A stretch of DNA of 64,000 nucleotides from an uncultured Anaerovibrio sp. (GTDB lineage: Bacteria > Bacillota > Negativicutes > Selenomonadales > Selenomonadaceae), in assembly GCA_934203205.1 (NCBI GenBank), contig CAKPYV010000005.1:2018-66017 (forward strand). Direction: 5' to 3'. The notes beneath the pieces were generated by a model that ran no database searches, was not told the DNA's origin, and saw nothing but the letters and a program-made list of their open reading frames with translations. Below, one piece after another: positions 20,355-30,823 of this stretch (the first letter of the stretch is position 1; each line of letters opens with the position of its first letter). The position numbers were made by a program, and so were the translations under genes.

Positions 20355-21386
20355 TTATTTTACCTCGCCTTTGCTGTCATACATTTTGGCATAATATTCC
20401 TGATATTCGCCATTAACAATGTCCTGCCACCATTTTTTGTGGTCTAGATACCACTTAATAGTCTTTTTGATACCATCCTCAAATTTGGTTTCTGGCAGCC
20501 AGCCCAGCTCCCTGTGAATCTTGGCTGGATCTATAGCGTAGCGACGGTCGTGACCCTTTCTATCCTCTACATGGACAATCAGGCTCTCCGGCTTGCCCAG
20601 CTCCTGACAAATAATCCGCACAATATCTATATTACGCTTTTCATTGTGACCGCCTACATTGTAGACCTCTCCCACCTTGCCATTGTGAATAATCAAATCA
20701 ATAGCCCGGCAATGATCCTCTACATAGAGCCAATCCCGCACATTTTCACCGTTGCCATACACTGGCAGAGGCTTATCTGCCAAGGCATTGGCAATCATAA
20801 GTGGAATCAGCTTCTCTGGAAAATGATAAGGGCCATAATTATTGCTGCAGCGGCTAATGGTCACTGGCAAGCCATAGGTACGATAGTAGGCCATAACCAA
20901 CAAATCTGCACTAGCCTTGGAGCTGGAATATGGACTGCTGGTATGGAGAGGTGTTTCCTCCGTAAAGAACAAATCCGGCCTATCCAAAGGCAAATCTCCA
21001 TAAACTTCATCGGTAGAAACCTGATGATAGCGCTGGATACCATGTTTGCGACAGGCATCCATCAACACTGCGGTGCCCATAATATTGGTTTCCAAAAAAA
21101 TTCCCGGATTCTCAATGGATCTATCCACATGGGATTCTGCGGCAAAATTCACTACTATATCAGGTTTTTCTTCCTGAAACAGCTTGTCCACTGCCTGTCT
21201 GTCACAAATATCTGCCTTGACAAAGCGGAAATTATCCTGCTGCAGCACTGGCTCCAGCGTAGAAAGATTTCCTGCATAGGTCAGCTTGTCCAGACACACT
21301 ATGCGATAATCTGGATGAGCCTGCAGCATATGAAATACAAAATTGCTGCCAATAAATCCAGCACCGCCAGTTACTATAATTGTCAT
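20355..21386 (-). CDS. rfbB: dTDP-glucose 4,6-dehydratase
   Basis: [11 protein letters not shown], catalytic YSSSK, and extended SDR fold. Start at the internal ATG at 21386. Confidence 0.95.
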   Translation of the reverse strand: MTIIVTGGAGFIGSNFVFHMLQAHPDYRIVCLDKLTYAGNLSTLEPVLQQDNFRFVKADICDRQAVDKLFQEEKPDIVVNFAAESHVDRSIENPGIFLETNIMGTAVLMDACRKHGIQRYHQVSTDEVYGDLPLDRPDLFFTEETPLHTSSPYSSSKASADLLVMAYYRTYGLPVTISRCSNNYGPYHFPEKLIPLMIANALADKPLPVYGNGENVRDWLYVEDHCRAIDLIIHNGKVGEVYNVGGHNEKRNIDIVRIICQELGKPESLIVHVEDRKGHDRRYAIDPAKIHRELGWLPETKFEDGIKKTIKWYLDHKKWWQDIVNGEYQEYYAKMYDSKGEVK

Positions 21387-21427
21387 AAAATATCTCCTAA
21401 AACCATAATTGCCTTGAATGGCCAAAC

Positions 21428-22324
21428 TTATGGCAAAATATCAATAAATTTACCTTCCAGTACATCCAGCAAATATCGTCCGTACTGGTTTTTCTTCAAC
21501 ACCTCATAGGTGGACATAACCTGCTCTTTAGTAATCCAACCATTAAGATAGGCAATTTCCTCCAGACAGGCAATCTTGCGATGCTGATGAGTTTCCACCG
21601 TCTTCACAAAATTGGTAGCCTCCGCCAGACTTTCGTGGGTTCCTGTATCCAGCCAGGTAAAGCCCTGGCCCAGAAGCTCCACATTTAGCCGTCCAGCTTC
21701 CAGATACAGCCTGTTCAAATCAGTTATCTCCAACTCACCACGGGCAGATGGCTTCAAGGTCTTGGCCAGCTCCACCACCTGATTATCGTAGAAATACAAC
21801 CCCGTAACACAGTAGTTGCTCTTTGGCTTGTCTGGCTTTTCCTCAATGCTAATGGCATGGCCCTGTTGGTCAAATTCCACAATACCAAAGCGCTCTGGAT
21901 CCTCCACATAATAACCGAAAATAGTGGCTCCCTGACCTGCCTCTGCTAAATCCACAGCCCTCTTCAGGCGACCATTAAGACCATGACCAGCAAAAATATT
22001 ATCTCCCAACACCATAGCCACCGTATCATTGCCAATAAAATCAGCACCTATAACAAAGGCCTGGGCCAAACCATCTGGAGACGGCTGTACTGCATAGCTA
22101 AGATGCAAACCAAATTGACTGCCATCCTTAAGCAATGCCTCGAATCTAGGCGTATCTGCCGGGGTGGATATAATCAAAACATCCCTAATCCCTGCATTCA
22201 TCAGCACAGATAGGGGATAATAAATCATTGGCTTATCGTATACAGGCAAAAGCTGCTTGGATGTTACTGTTGTCAATGGGTACAATCTAGTACCAGAACC
22301 TCCCGCCAACACGATTCCCTTCAT
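21428..22324 (-). CDS. rfbA: Glucose-1-phosphate thymidylyltransferase
   Basis: [18 protein letters not shown] start and RmlA-length protein. Confidence 0.95.
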   Translation of the reverse strand: MKGIVLAGGSGTRLYPLTTVTSKQLLPVYDKPMIYYPLSVLMNAGIRDVLIISTPADTPRFEALLKDGSQFGLHLSYAVQPSPDGLAQAFVIGADFIGNDTVAMVLGDNIFAGHGLNGRLKRAVDLAEAGQGATIFGYYVEDPERFGIVEFDQQGHAISIEEKPDKPKSNYCVTGLYFYDNQVVELAKTLKPSARGELEITDLNRLYLEAGRLNVELLGQGFTWLDTGTHESLAEATNFVKTVETHQHRKIACLEEIAYLNGWITKEQVMSTYEVLKKNQYGRYLLDVLEGKFIDILP

Positions 22325-22400
22325 AATGCACCTCCTCAATCATCTTCGTTAAATTCCTTTTCATTATAGCACAGAACCACCAACTATTGAAACAAATTCA

Positions 22401-23279
22401 CTAAGACTTCTTTCTGCTCATAGCTAGGACTACACCTACCACAATGAGCAGGAAGCCTAGCCAGAACCACAGGGTTATAGGCTCTCCCAGCAGCAGCCAC
22501 CCCAGTAGAGTACCTACCACTGGCTGCCAGAACATAAACAGCCCTGCCGTAGAAGCATCCATATAAAGCAAGCCCTCATTCCACAGTACAAATCCTCCTG
22601 TGGTGGAAATTACCCCCATATAGCCGATACTCAGCAATACTGTAGGACTTAGCAACAGATTCCAATCCCCCTGAGTGACCAGCCACCAAATAGAGTAAGG
22701 AGCCAAACATATCAAGGCCACAATCAGTCCATAAAAAGTCAGAACAATAGGAGAATAATGCTCTAAAAGCTTTAAAAATACCGCCATTAAAGCCCAGGTA
22801 ATGGCTGCTATCATCAGCAATATGCCACCCCAAAGATTTACCTGAAAATTATCTGGGTCGTAAACAATCAGCATAACGCCAATAGTAGCCAAAACCACAG
22901 ACATAATCCGGCCCAAAGTCATTTTTTCCTTTAATATCCAACAGCCAAAAACCACCATAAAGGCCGGTGTAGCTGCCGTTATAGTGGATCCTGTCTGGGC
23001 AGAGGTTAACAAAGTCCCTGATTCCTGGGTAACAATAGACAGGGTTTGACCTATTAACCCCACCAAAGCCACCAGCTTCCAATCCTTCCGCTGAATACGC
23101 CAATCTACATGACGATAGCTGCCCAAAGCATAAAGGGCAAAAAATGCCAATATATAACGACACCATACCAAAGGCACCGCCTCAATGGAGCCTACTACCA
23201 ATCTTACAGCCAGAAACAAACCGCCCCAGATAATTCCTGCCAAAGAAAGGCATATCGCCCCCTTCATGGTTTTACTCAC
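22401..23279 (-). CDS. DMT-superfamily (EamA-like) transporter
   Basis: About ten predicted TM helices in two EamA-like halves. The start codon is uncertain (GTG at 23279 or ATG at 23267). Confidence 0.75.
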   Translation of the reverse strand: MSKTMKGAICLSLAGIIWGGLFLAVRLVVGSIEAVPLVWCRYILAFFALYALGSYRHVDWRIQRKDWKLVALVGLIGQTLSIVTQESGTLLTSAQTGSTITAATPAFMVVFGCWILKEKMTLGRIMSVVLATIGVMLIVYDPDNFQVNLWGGILLMIAAITWALMAVFLKLLEHYSPIVLTFYGLIVALICLAPYSIWWLVTQGDWNLLLSPTVLLSIGYMGVISTTGGFVLWNEGLLYMDASTAGLFMFWQPVVGTLLGWLLLGEPITLWFWLGFLLIVVGVVLAMSRKKS

Positions 23280-23390
23280 GTCATCAACTCACAATCTTCT
23301 AAATTCCACTATCCCCACACTTACAATCATAACCTGTCGCAAGTATATTTTGCCACACATTTTCCCTTATTTCAATTAACAAAAAAGTAG

Positions 23391-23429
23391 CAATTCAATA
23401 CTCAGCATTGAACTGCTACTTCCTTTTAA
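23391..23429 (-). terminator. Terminator of argH
   Basis: About 13-bp stem GTAGCAATTCAAT / ATTGAACTGCTAC (23397-23429) followed by a T6 run on the minus strand. Confidence 0.75.
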
Positions 23430-23432
23430 ATT

Positions 23433-24863
23433 TTAAAGCTGAACTTTAGCCTGCTTGGCATCCTTTTCAGCAATATATCCCTGTTCTGCCTCCAACAGCT
23501 TGTCAGCTAACTGCAGCTGCATTTCTACCTGCTGATAGGAAGTACCGCCATAGGAATTGCGGTTCTTGACACAGGTTTCTGGGCTGATAGCCTCGTAAAT
23601 ATCCTTTGCAAAAAGGTCAGATAGCTTCTGGAACTCTTCCAGAGACATATCTGCCAGCCACTTCCCCTGCTCAATGCAGTAGTGAACAGCCTTGCCAGAT
23701 ACAGCATGGGCCTGACGGAAAGGCATCCCCTTCTTAACCAGATAGTCTGCCAAATCTGTAGCATTGGAGAAATCCTCTGCCACAGCCCGACGCATAACAT
23801 CCTTCCGCACCTTCATGCCCCGGAGAATTCTGGCATAAACTGCCAGACTGAACTTGATGGTATCAATGGCATCAAAGATACCCTCCTTGTCCTCCTGCAA
23901 ATCCTTGTTGTAAGCCAGTGGCAAGCCCTTAACAGTGGTCAGCATAGCCATGAGATGGCCCATAACCCGACCGGTTTTGCCTCTTACCAGCTCGGATACA
24001 TCAGGATTCTTCTTCTGAGGCATCATGGAAGAGCCAGTGCAATGAGCATCATCCAGCTCAATAAAGAAGAACTCACGGGAACACCACAGAATGGTTTCCT
24101 CACTGAGACGGGACAGATGAACCATGAGAATGGAAGCCGCAGACAGGAACTCCATAATATAATCCCGATCAGATACTGCATCCAGACTGTTGCTATAGAT
24201 AGCATCAAAATTCAACTGCTCAGCCACAAAAGGTCTGTCAATTGGGAAGGTAGTACCAGCCAGGGCACCTGCTCCCAAAGGCATAATATCACAGCGCTCA
24301 TATACTCCCCGGAAACGGTCAAAATCCCGCTTCAACATGGAGAAATAAGCCATCATATGATGGGAGAAAAGAATAGGCTGGGCTCTCTGAAGATGAGTAT
24401 AGCCTGGCATAATTACATCACTGTACTTGCGGGCGGTTTCCACCAAAGCTGCCTGCATATCCAGAATCAGCTTCTCCACCTCTACAACCTGACGGCGGAT
24501 GAACATATGGGTGTCCAAGGCCACCTGGTCGTTACGGCTGCGGGCGGTATGCAATCTGCCGCCAGCCTCGCCAATAGCATCAGTCAGTCTTTTCTCGATA
24601 TTCATGTGAATATCTTCCAGGGCAACCTCAAAGGAGAAATTGCCCTCTTCAATTTTCTTGTAGATATCCTTCAAGCCCTTGATAATATCGTCACGGTCTG
24701 TCTCAGAGATAATGCCTACCTTGGCCAGCATGGTAGCATGGGCAATGGAGCCAGCAATATCCTCATTGTACATACGCTTGTCAAAATCAATGGAAGCCTG
24801 AAAATCATTTATCATCTCATCGGTGGACTTGGAAAAACGACCACCCCAGAGCTGCTCTGCCAT
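23433..24863 (-). CDS. argH: Argininosuccinate lyase
   Basis: WGGRF start and the fumarate-lyase signature GSSMMPQKKNP. Confidence 0.96.
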   Translation of the reverse strand: MAEQLWGGRFSKSTDEMINDFQASIDFDKRMYNEDIAGSIAHATMLAKVGIISETDRDDIIKGLKDIYKKIEEGNFSFEVALEDIHMNIEKRLTDAIGEAGGRLHTARSRNDQVALDTHMFIRRQVVEVEKLILDMQAALVETARKYSDVIMPGYTHLQRAQPILFSHHMMAYFSMLKRDFDRFRGVYERCDIMPLGAGALAGTTFPIDRPFVAEQLNFDAIYSNSLDAVSDRDYIMEFLSAASILMVHLSRLSEETILWCSREFFFIELDDAHCTGSSMMPQKKNPDVSELVRGKTGRVMGHLMAMLTTVKGLPLAYNKDLQEDKEGIFDAIDTIKFSLAVYARILRGMKVRKDVMRRAVAEDFSNATDLADYLVKKGMPFRQAHAVSGKAVHYCIEQGKWLADMSLEEFQKLSDLFAKDIYEAISPETCVKNRNSYGGTSYQQVEMQLQLADKLLEAEQGYIAEKDAKQAKVQL

Positions 24864-24864
24864 A

Positions 24865-26076
24865 TTATTTACCTGCCTTTTCCTGCATCAGAGCACGAAC
24901 CTTCAGTGGCAAGCCAAAGAGGTTGATAAAGCCTTCTGCATCAGCCTGATTGTAAACATGATCCTCCTCGAAGGTTACAAATTCCTGATTGTACAGGGAA
25001 TATGGAGACTTGGCACCAGCACTCATAATATTGCCCTTGTAGAGCTTCAGCTTTACAGTACCGGTTACAGTTTCCTGAGTGCTGTCAACGAAAGCAGTCA
25101 GAGCCTCACGGAGCTGGCAAAACCACATTCCATCATATACCAGCTCGCCAAAGCGGATAGCTACACCCTCTTTGTAGTGGAAGGTAGCACGATCCAGGCA
25201 CAGATACTCCAGCTCACGATGAGCATAGTAGAGAATAGCTCCGCCAGGATTCTCATATACACCACGGGACTTCATGCCAACCAGACGGTTCTCGCAAATA
25301 TCTACAATACCTACACCGTTGCGAGCACCAATCTCATTGAGAGCAGTCAAAAGCTCTACAGCGCCCATCTTCTTGCCGTTAACAGCAACAGGGTTGCCCT
25401 TCTCGAAGTCGATGGTTACATATTCAGCTTCGTCCTTGGCATTCTCAGGAGCCTGAGAAACCAGCATCATCTCGTTGTGAGGCTCATTCCAAGGATCCTC
25501 CAAATCAGAACCCTCATGGGACAGATGCCAGATATTCTTATCCATGGAATACTTCTTGTTATCAGTAGGAATCTCAATATTGTGAGCCTTAGCATACTCA
25601 ATCTCCTGAGTACGGGACAGGAGATCCCACACACGCCAAGGAGCAATAATAGCCATATTAGGAGCCAGAGCCTTAACAGTAAGCTCGAAACGAACCTGAT
25701 CGTTGCCCTTGCCAGTAGCACCGTGAGCAATAGCATCAGCACCTTCCTTCTTGGCTACATCAACCAAATGCTTAGCAATCAGCGGACGGGCAAAGGAGGT
25801 ACCCAGCAGATACTTGCCCTCATATACAGCACCAGCCTTCAAAGTAGGCCATACATAATCCTCCAGGAATTCCTGAGTCAGATCCAGAATATAGCACTTG
25901 GAAGCACCGGAACGCAGTGCCTTGTCGTGAATAGCCTGCATATCATCGCCCTGGCCAATATCAGCACAGCAAGCAATTACCTCGCAGCCACCATAATTTT
26001 CCTTCAACCAAGGGATAATAACGGAGGTATCCAAACCACCGGAATAAGCCAATACGACTTTCTTAAACTCTGCCAT
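24865..26076 (-). CDS. argG: Argininosuccinate synthase
   Basis: [11 protein letters not shown]-loop motif; 403 aa. Confidence 0.96.
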   Translation of the reverse strand: MAEFKKVVLAYSGGLDTSVIIPWLKENYGGCEVIACCADIGQGDDMQAIHDKALRSGASKCYILDLTQEFLEDYVWPTLKAGAVYEGKYLLGTSFARPLIAKHLVDVAKKEGADAIAHGATGKGNDQVRFELTVKALAPNMAIIAPWRVWDLLSRTQEIEYAKAHNIEIPTDNKKYSMDKNIWHLSHEGSDLEDPWNEPHNEMMLVSQAPENAKDEAEYVTIDFEKGNPVAVNGKKMGAVELLTALNEIGARNGVGIVDICENRLVGMKSRGVYENPGGAILYYAHRELEYLCLDRATFHYKEGVAIRFGELVYDGMWFCQLREALTAFVDSTQETVTGTVKLKLYKGNIMSAGAKSPYSLYNQEFVTFEEDHVYNQADAEGFINLFGLPLKVRALMQEKAGK

Positions 26077-26145
26077 AATTTACAACTCCTTAAATATCAT
26101 TCAATACTATGCAAATGTGCCTGTGGCACCTGCTATCAAAATTTA

Positions 26146-27075
26146 TCAGCCCATAGTCAAGGCCATAATAGCTTTCTGGGTGTGGAGACGATTTTCTGCT
26201 TCGTCAAAAATAACATCAGCATAGGCCTCCAGAACATCATCGGTAATTTCCTCGCCTCTATAAGCTGGGAGACAGTGCATTACAATAACCCGCTTGTCAG
26301 CCACCTTTAGAAGCTCCTCATTTACCTGATAATCCTTGAAAATCTTCTTCCGCTCATCATGCTCTGCCTCCTGGCCCATGCTGGCCCAGGTATCAGTAAC
26401 CACAATATCAGCATCCTTGGCAGCCTCAAATGGATCATTTACCAGCTGAATTTTGGCCCCGGTTTCCTTGGCATCCTCACAGGCATTTTTATAAACCTGC
26501 ATATCAGGCTCAAAGCCCTTTGGATTAGCGGAAACAAAGTCAATACCAGCCTTGGCACAGCCATACATGTAGGAATTGGTCATATTGTTGCCATCGCCTA
26601 CATAAGCCATCTTCAGACCCTTCATATTCTTGCCCTTGTGCTCCTGAATGGTCAGCAGATCTGTCAGCACCTGGCATGGATGTAAAAGGTCAGTCAGGGC
26701 ATTGATAACAGGAATATCAGACCACTGAGCCAGCTCCTCTACTCTCTCATGGCCATAGGTACGAATCATAATACCATCCAGATAGCGGGACATTACTCTA
26801 GCTGTATCCTTAATAGGCTCCCCACGGCCCAGCTGCAAATCACGATTGGACAGGAACAAAGCCTGACCGCCCAGCTGATACATACCTGTTTCAAAGGAAA
26901 GACGGGTACGAGTAGAAGATTTTTCAAAAATCATACCCAAGGTTTTGCCCTTGAGGATATGATGCTCAATACCAGCCTTCTGTTTGGCCTTAAGCTCATG
27001 GCCCAATGCCAGGATTTCATTAACCTCATCCACAGACAAATCGTGGATGGAAAGCATATCCTTACCTTTTAACAT
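26146..27075 (-). CDS. argF: Ornithine carbamoyltransferase
   Basis: STRTR carbamoyl-phosphate motif, and HCLP motif near the C-terminus. Confidence 0.95.
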   Translation of the reverse strand: MLKGKDMLSIHDLSVDEVNEILALGHELKAKQKAGIEHHILKGKTLGMIFEKSSTRTRLSFETGMYQLGGQALFLSNRDLQLGRGEPIKDTARVMSRYLDGIMIRTYGHERVEELAQWSDIPVINALTDLLHPCQVLTDLLTIQEHKGKNMKGLKMAYVGDGNNMTNSYMYGCAKAGIDFVSANPKGFEPDMQVYKNACEDAKETGAKIQLVNDPFEAAKDADIVVTDTWASMGQEAEHDERKKIFKDYQVNEELLKVADKRVIVMHCLPAYRGEEITDDVLEAYADVIFDEAENRLHTQKAIMALTMG

Positions 27076-27388
27076 CTAAAAACCTCCAATTTGTATACCT
27101 CTTGACTCTCCCCATGCCTAAAGGCAGGGGATTCTTGGTTCCCTGAGCACTGCATATAGACCGTAGCCTATATGTCTTACACGCTCTCCCCAAGCGTATA
27201 TTTCCGTGTGTCCCACGGTATTGTGTATATGAATGCTTGTTATCTTTACAACCGCAAGGTCTTTAAATTACGGCAGGTTAATACACGTAACCTTTAAAAA
27301 TTACCTACTGGCAGTCTACTGCTTGGTTTTCGCGTTTCGACTGCGTGAACGAATTTCGCAGGCCTTCTCCTTCATAAATTATACTACA
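27076..27388 (-). other. 313-nt hairpin-rich non-coding spacer between argD and argF
   Basis: No credible ORF. At least six stem-loops: 27110-27130, 27153-27174, 27181-27197, 27204-27218, 27276-27292, 27341-27361. TGGGGAGAG occurs twice on the minus strand. Confidence 0.5.
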
Positions 27389-28588
27389 TTACACATAAGC
27401 AGGCAATACCGCCTCCAAGGCATCGCATACCTCATCAATATGCTCCTTGGTTACAATCAAAGGTGGTACAAACCGCAGTACATTACCAGCAGTGCAGTTA
27501 ATAATAGCCCCCTTGCCCAGGCAGTCATTAACAATATCCCGGCCAGGCTTGGTCAGTTCCATGCCCAGAATCAGGCCCATGCCCCGCACTTCCTTAATCA
27601 GAGTAGGATACTTGGCCTGCATAGTCTCCAAACGGGACTTCATATAATCTCCCATTTCCACTACATGCTGCAGGAAGCTTGGCTGACCTACAATGTCCAA
27701 TACCACATTAGCTGCGGCACATGCCAAAGGATTGCCACCAAAGGTAGAGCCGTGATCTCCTGGGTGGAAGGCTGCTGCTACATTGTCAGTAGCAATAAAG
27801 GCACCGATAGGTACACCGCCAGCCAAGCCCTTGGCCAGCGTTACCACATCAGGCTTAATGCCAAAGTTTTCATAAGCAAAGAACTTGCCACTTCTGCCCA
27901 TGCCACTCTGGATTTCGTCAAAAATCAAAACAGCATTGTACTTGTCGCAAAGCTGACGTACCTTCTGCATATATGCTACATCAGGAACATGGACACCGCC
28001 CTCACCCTGAATAGGCTCCAGCATAACAGCAGCAGTCTTGTCACTCATAAGCTTTTCCAAAGCTTCAATATCATTATAAGGCACATAATCAAAGCCTGCA
28101 GGCAATGGTCCAAAGCCATCATGATATTTTGGCTGTCCGGTAGCAGTCAGCGTAGCAATAGTACGGCCGTGGAAGCTGTGAATGGCAGAGATAATCTGAG
28201 ATTTGTCAGCATCAATGCTGTGAGCATATTTACGGGCAATCTTAATAGCACCCTCATTGGCCTCCGCACCGGAATTACCAAAGAACACCTTGCCCAAACC
28301 GCTAAGCTTTACCAGTTTTTCTGCTGCATCAGCCTGCACCTGGGTATAATACAGATTGGAGCAATGAATCATTTTGCCAGCCTGGTCTGCCACAGCCTTA
28401 ACCAGTTCCTTGTGATTATGTCCCAGCACATTTACCGCAATACCGCCCAGAAAATCAATATATTTATTGCCCTGAGTATCATATACGTATACACCATCAC
28501 CATGATCCAGGACTATTTTGTAGCGGGCAAACACCGGCAAATAATCCTGGGCATCCTTGGCATATATCTGTTCATCAGTTAACTGCAT
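27389..28588 (-). CDS. argD: Acetylornithine aminotransferase
   Basis: Class III aminotransferase (FDEIQSGMGRSGK, TLAKGLAGG PLP-lysine context) in an arg operon context. Confidence 0.93.
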   Translation of the reverse strand: MQLTDEQIYAKDAQDYLPVFARYKIVLDHGDGVYVYDTQGNKYIDFLGGIAVNVLGHNHKELVKAVADQAGKMIHCSNLYYTQVQADAAEKLVKLSGLGKVFFGNSGAEANEGAIKIARKYAHSIDADKSQIISAIHSFHGRTIATLTATGQPKYHDGFGPLPAGFDYVPYNDIEALEKLMSDKTAAVMLEPIQGEGGVHVPDVAYMQKVRQLCDKYNAVLIFDEIQSGMGRSGKFFAYENFGIKPDVVTLAKGLAGGVPIGAFIATDNVAAAFHPGDHGSTFGGNPLACAAANVVLDIVGQPSFLQHVVEMGDYMKSRLETMQAKYPTLIKEVRGMGLILGMELTKPGRDIVNDCLGKGAIINCTAGNVLRFVPPLIVTKEHIDEVCDALEAVLPAYV

Positions 28589-28600
28589 ATCAATATCTCC

Positions 28601-29497
28601 TTATTTTACCACCTGGGTACCAATACCACTATTGGTCAACAGCTCCAGAATAATGGAATGAGGCTGACGGCCATCAATAATATGCACCTTGTTAGTGCCG
28701 CATTCAATAGATTTCAAGCAGGCTTCAATCTTAGGAATCATACCACCGGAAATGATACCATCCTTGATATACTCTCTAGCCTCTGCCACTGTCAGGGAGG
28801 AAATAAAGCTGTCCTTGTCGTTGAAATCCTTGTAGACACCTTCAATATCCGTCAACAGCAAAAGCTTTTCGGCGTGAAGAGCACCAGCTATTTCCGCTGC
28901 CACATAATCAGCATTGATATTGTAGCTTTCCCCATCCTCACCAACGCCAATAGGAGCAACTACAGGTATGTAGCCATTGTCCAGCAAATCCTGCAAAATC
29001 TTGGTATCTACAGATTCTACCTGACCTACATAGCCAATATCCACCTTTTCCGTATTGCCTGCCTCATCATAAACAGTGGCCATTTTCTTGCTGGCCTTAA
29101 TAAGACCGGCATCCTTGCCGCTAAGGCCTACAGCTCTTACCCCACGGCAGTTCAGCATATTGACAATATCGGAATTAACCTTGCCATCCAATACCATCTC
29201 TGCAATCTCTACGGTTTCCTCATCGGTTACTCTAAGACCGCTGACAAAATCAGACTGCTTGCCAACCTTTTTCAAAAAGGAGGTAATATCCGGGCCACCG
29301 CCATGTACGATAACAGGACGAATACCTACGTATTTCAGCAGGCTTACATCCTCCATAACCTTCTGCTTCAAATCCTCGTTAATCATGGCATTGCCACCGT
29401 ATTTAACTACGATGGTTTTACCATAAAATTCCTGAATATAAGGCAAGGCCTCAATCAGAGTGCCAGCCTTTTTTTCTGCATGCTTCATAATTGCCAT
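28601..29497 (-). CDS. argB: Acetylglutamate kinase
   Basis: VVKYGGNAM and VHGGGP motifs. Confidence 0.95.
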   Translation of the reverse strand: MAIMKHAEKKAGTLIEALPYIQEFYGKTIVVKYGGNAMINEDLKQKVMEDVSLLKYVGIRPVIVHGGGPDITSFLKKVGKQSDFVSGLRVTDEETVEIAEMVLDGKVNSDIVNMLNCRGVRAVGLSGKDAGLIKASKKMATVYDEAGNTEKVDIGYVGQVESVDTKILQDLLDNGYIPVVAPIGVGEDGESYNINADYVAAEIAGALHAEKLLLLTDIEGVYKDFNDKDSFISSLTVAEAREYIKDGIISGGMIPKIEACLKSIECGTNKVHIIDGRQPHSIILELLTNSGIGTQVVK

Positions 29498-29530
29498 ATT
29501 TTCACCCCGGTTTCAACCAGTCAGTGGCTA

Positions 29531-30742
29531 TCAGGTATGATATTCACCGTTAATCTTTACATACTCATAGGAGAAATCACAGCTCCAAACAGTAGCCTCA
29601 GCCTCTCCCAAGCCCATCTCTATATCAATAACAATATCATGCTTCGCCATAATATCACGGATAGCATTCTCGTCAAAGTCAGCCCCCAAGCCATTGGCAT
29701 AAACAGGCACACCGCCGAATTTAATAACGGTCTTTTCTGGCACCATAGGAATACCGGCATAGCCTACAGCGCAGATTACACGGCCCCAATTTGGATCCTC
29801 TCCGAAGAAAGCGGTCTTAACCAATGGAGACTTAGCCACACTCATAGCTACGGTCTTGGCCTCGGCAAAAGTTTTGGTGCCATGAACATTAATGGTCAGG
29901 AACTTGGTAGCACCCTCACCATCGGCTGCAATGCGCTTGGACAGCTCACGGCACATATTGCCCAATACCTCACAGAACTTGTCATACTCAGGAGTATCAG
30001 CCTGAATCTCAGCCATACCGGACTCACCGTTAGCCAATACCAGTACAGTATCATTGGTGCTCATATCTCCATCTACGGAAATCATATTGAAAGTAACCTC
30101 TACGATTTCAGACAAAGCCTTCTGCATCAGCTGGCTGGAAATCTTGGCATCAGTGGTAATATAGCAAAGCATGGTAGCCATATTTGGCTGAATCATACCA
30201 GAGCCTTTGGCAATAGCACCAAAGCGAACAGCCTTGCCACCAATCTCTACCTCAGTAGAGCAAGCCTTGGAATAAGTATCAGTAGTAATAATAGCATTGC
30301 CAGCATTCTTGCTGCCATCCTCAGAAAGCTCTGCTGCAGCAGCCTTGATACCAGCAGCCAGCTTGTCCATAGGCAGGTTGACACCAATAATACCAGTAGA
30401 ACCTACCAGCACATCATCAGCCTTACAGCCCAGCTCCTCAGCAGCCAGGGCAGCCATCTTGTGGGCATTAGCCAGTCCAACCTCGCCAGTGCAGGCATTG
30501 GCACAGCCAGCATTAGCTACAATAGCATGGGCACTGCCAGTCTTTACTACCTCACGGGAAACAATAACAGGAGCTGCTGCTACCGCATTCTGAGTAAATA
30601 CACCAGCTACGGAAGCCTCCTTCTCTGTATAAATCATTGCTAAATCAAGATTGCCGCTTTTCTTGATGCCAGCCTTGACACCAGCAGCCTTGAAGCCACG
30701 AGCAAAGGTAACGCCCGCTGCTGCATTTTCTTCACTAAACAT
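29531..30742 (-). CDS. argJ: Bifunctional ornithine acetyltransferase / N-acetylglutamate synthase
   Basis: ArgJ family with autoproteolytic site context (ATMLCYITTDA). Confidence 0.95.
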   Translation of the reverse strand: MFSEENAAAGVTFARGFKAAGVKAGIKKSGNLDLAMIYTEKEASVAGVFTQNAVAAAPVIVSREVVKTGSAHAIVANAGCANACTGEVGLANAHKMAALAAEELGCKADDVLVGSTGIIGVNLPMDKLAAGIKAAAAELSEDGSKNAGNAIITTDTYSKACSTEVEIGGKAVRFGAIAKGSGMIQPNMATMLCYITTDAKISSQLMQKALSEIVEVTFNMISVDGDMSTNDTVLVLANGESGMAEIQADTPEYDKFCEVLGNMCRELSKRIAADGEGATKFLTINVHGTKTFAEAKTVAMSVAKSPLVKTAFFGEDPNWGRVICAVGYAGIPMVPEKTVIKFGGVPVYANGLGADFDENAIRDIMAKHDIVIDIEMGLGEAEATVWSCDFSYEYVKINGEYHT

Positions 30743-30823
30743 AGAAATTCCTCCTAAAAATGTATATGAATGTATAAAAATACATCATTTAACTTTTATT
30801 ATGCATATTCCGCAGGATTTTCC

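Noticed and set aside
22576-23166. 85-aa and 105-aa same-strand alternative-frame ORFs inside the DMT transporter gene
   Set aside because: They are nested out of frame in a clear membrane protein gene, with no independent signals.
27316-27375. 19-codon Arg-codon-rich mini-ORF after argD as a leader peptide
   Set aside because: It has no Shine-Dalgarno sequence, and no downstream U-rich terminator or alternative pairing that I could build. It is mentioned only as a sub-observation of the spacer finding.
23682-28582. Plus-strand ORFs of 414, 495 and 449 aa opposite argH, argG and argD
   Set aside because: Antisense shadow ORFs opposite well-supported arg genes. Their sequences are repetitive in I/L/S/N/H/Q.
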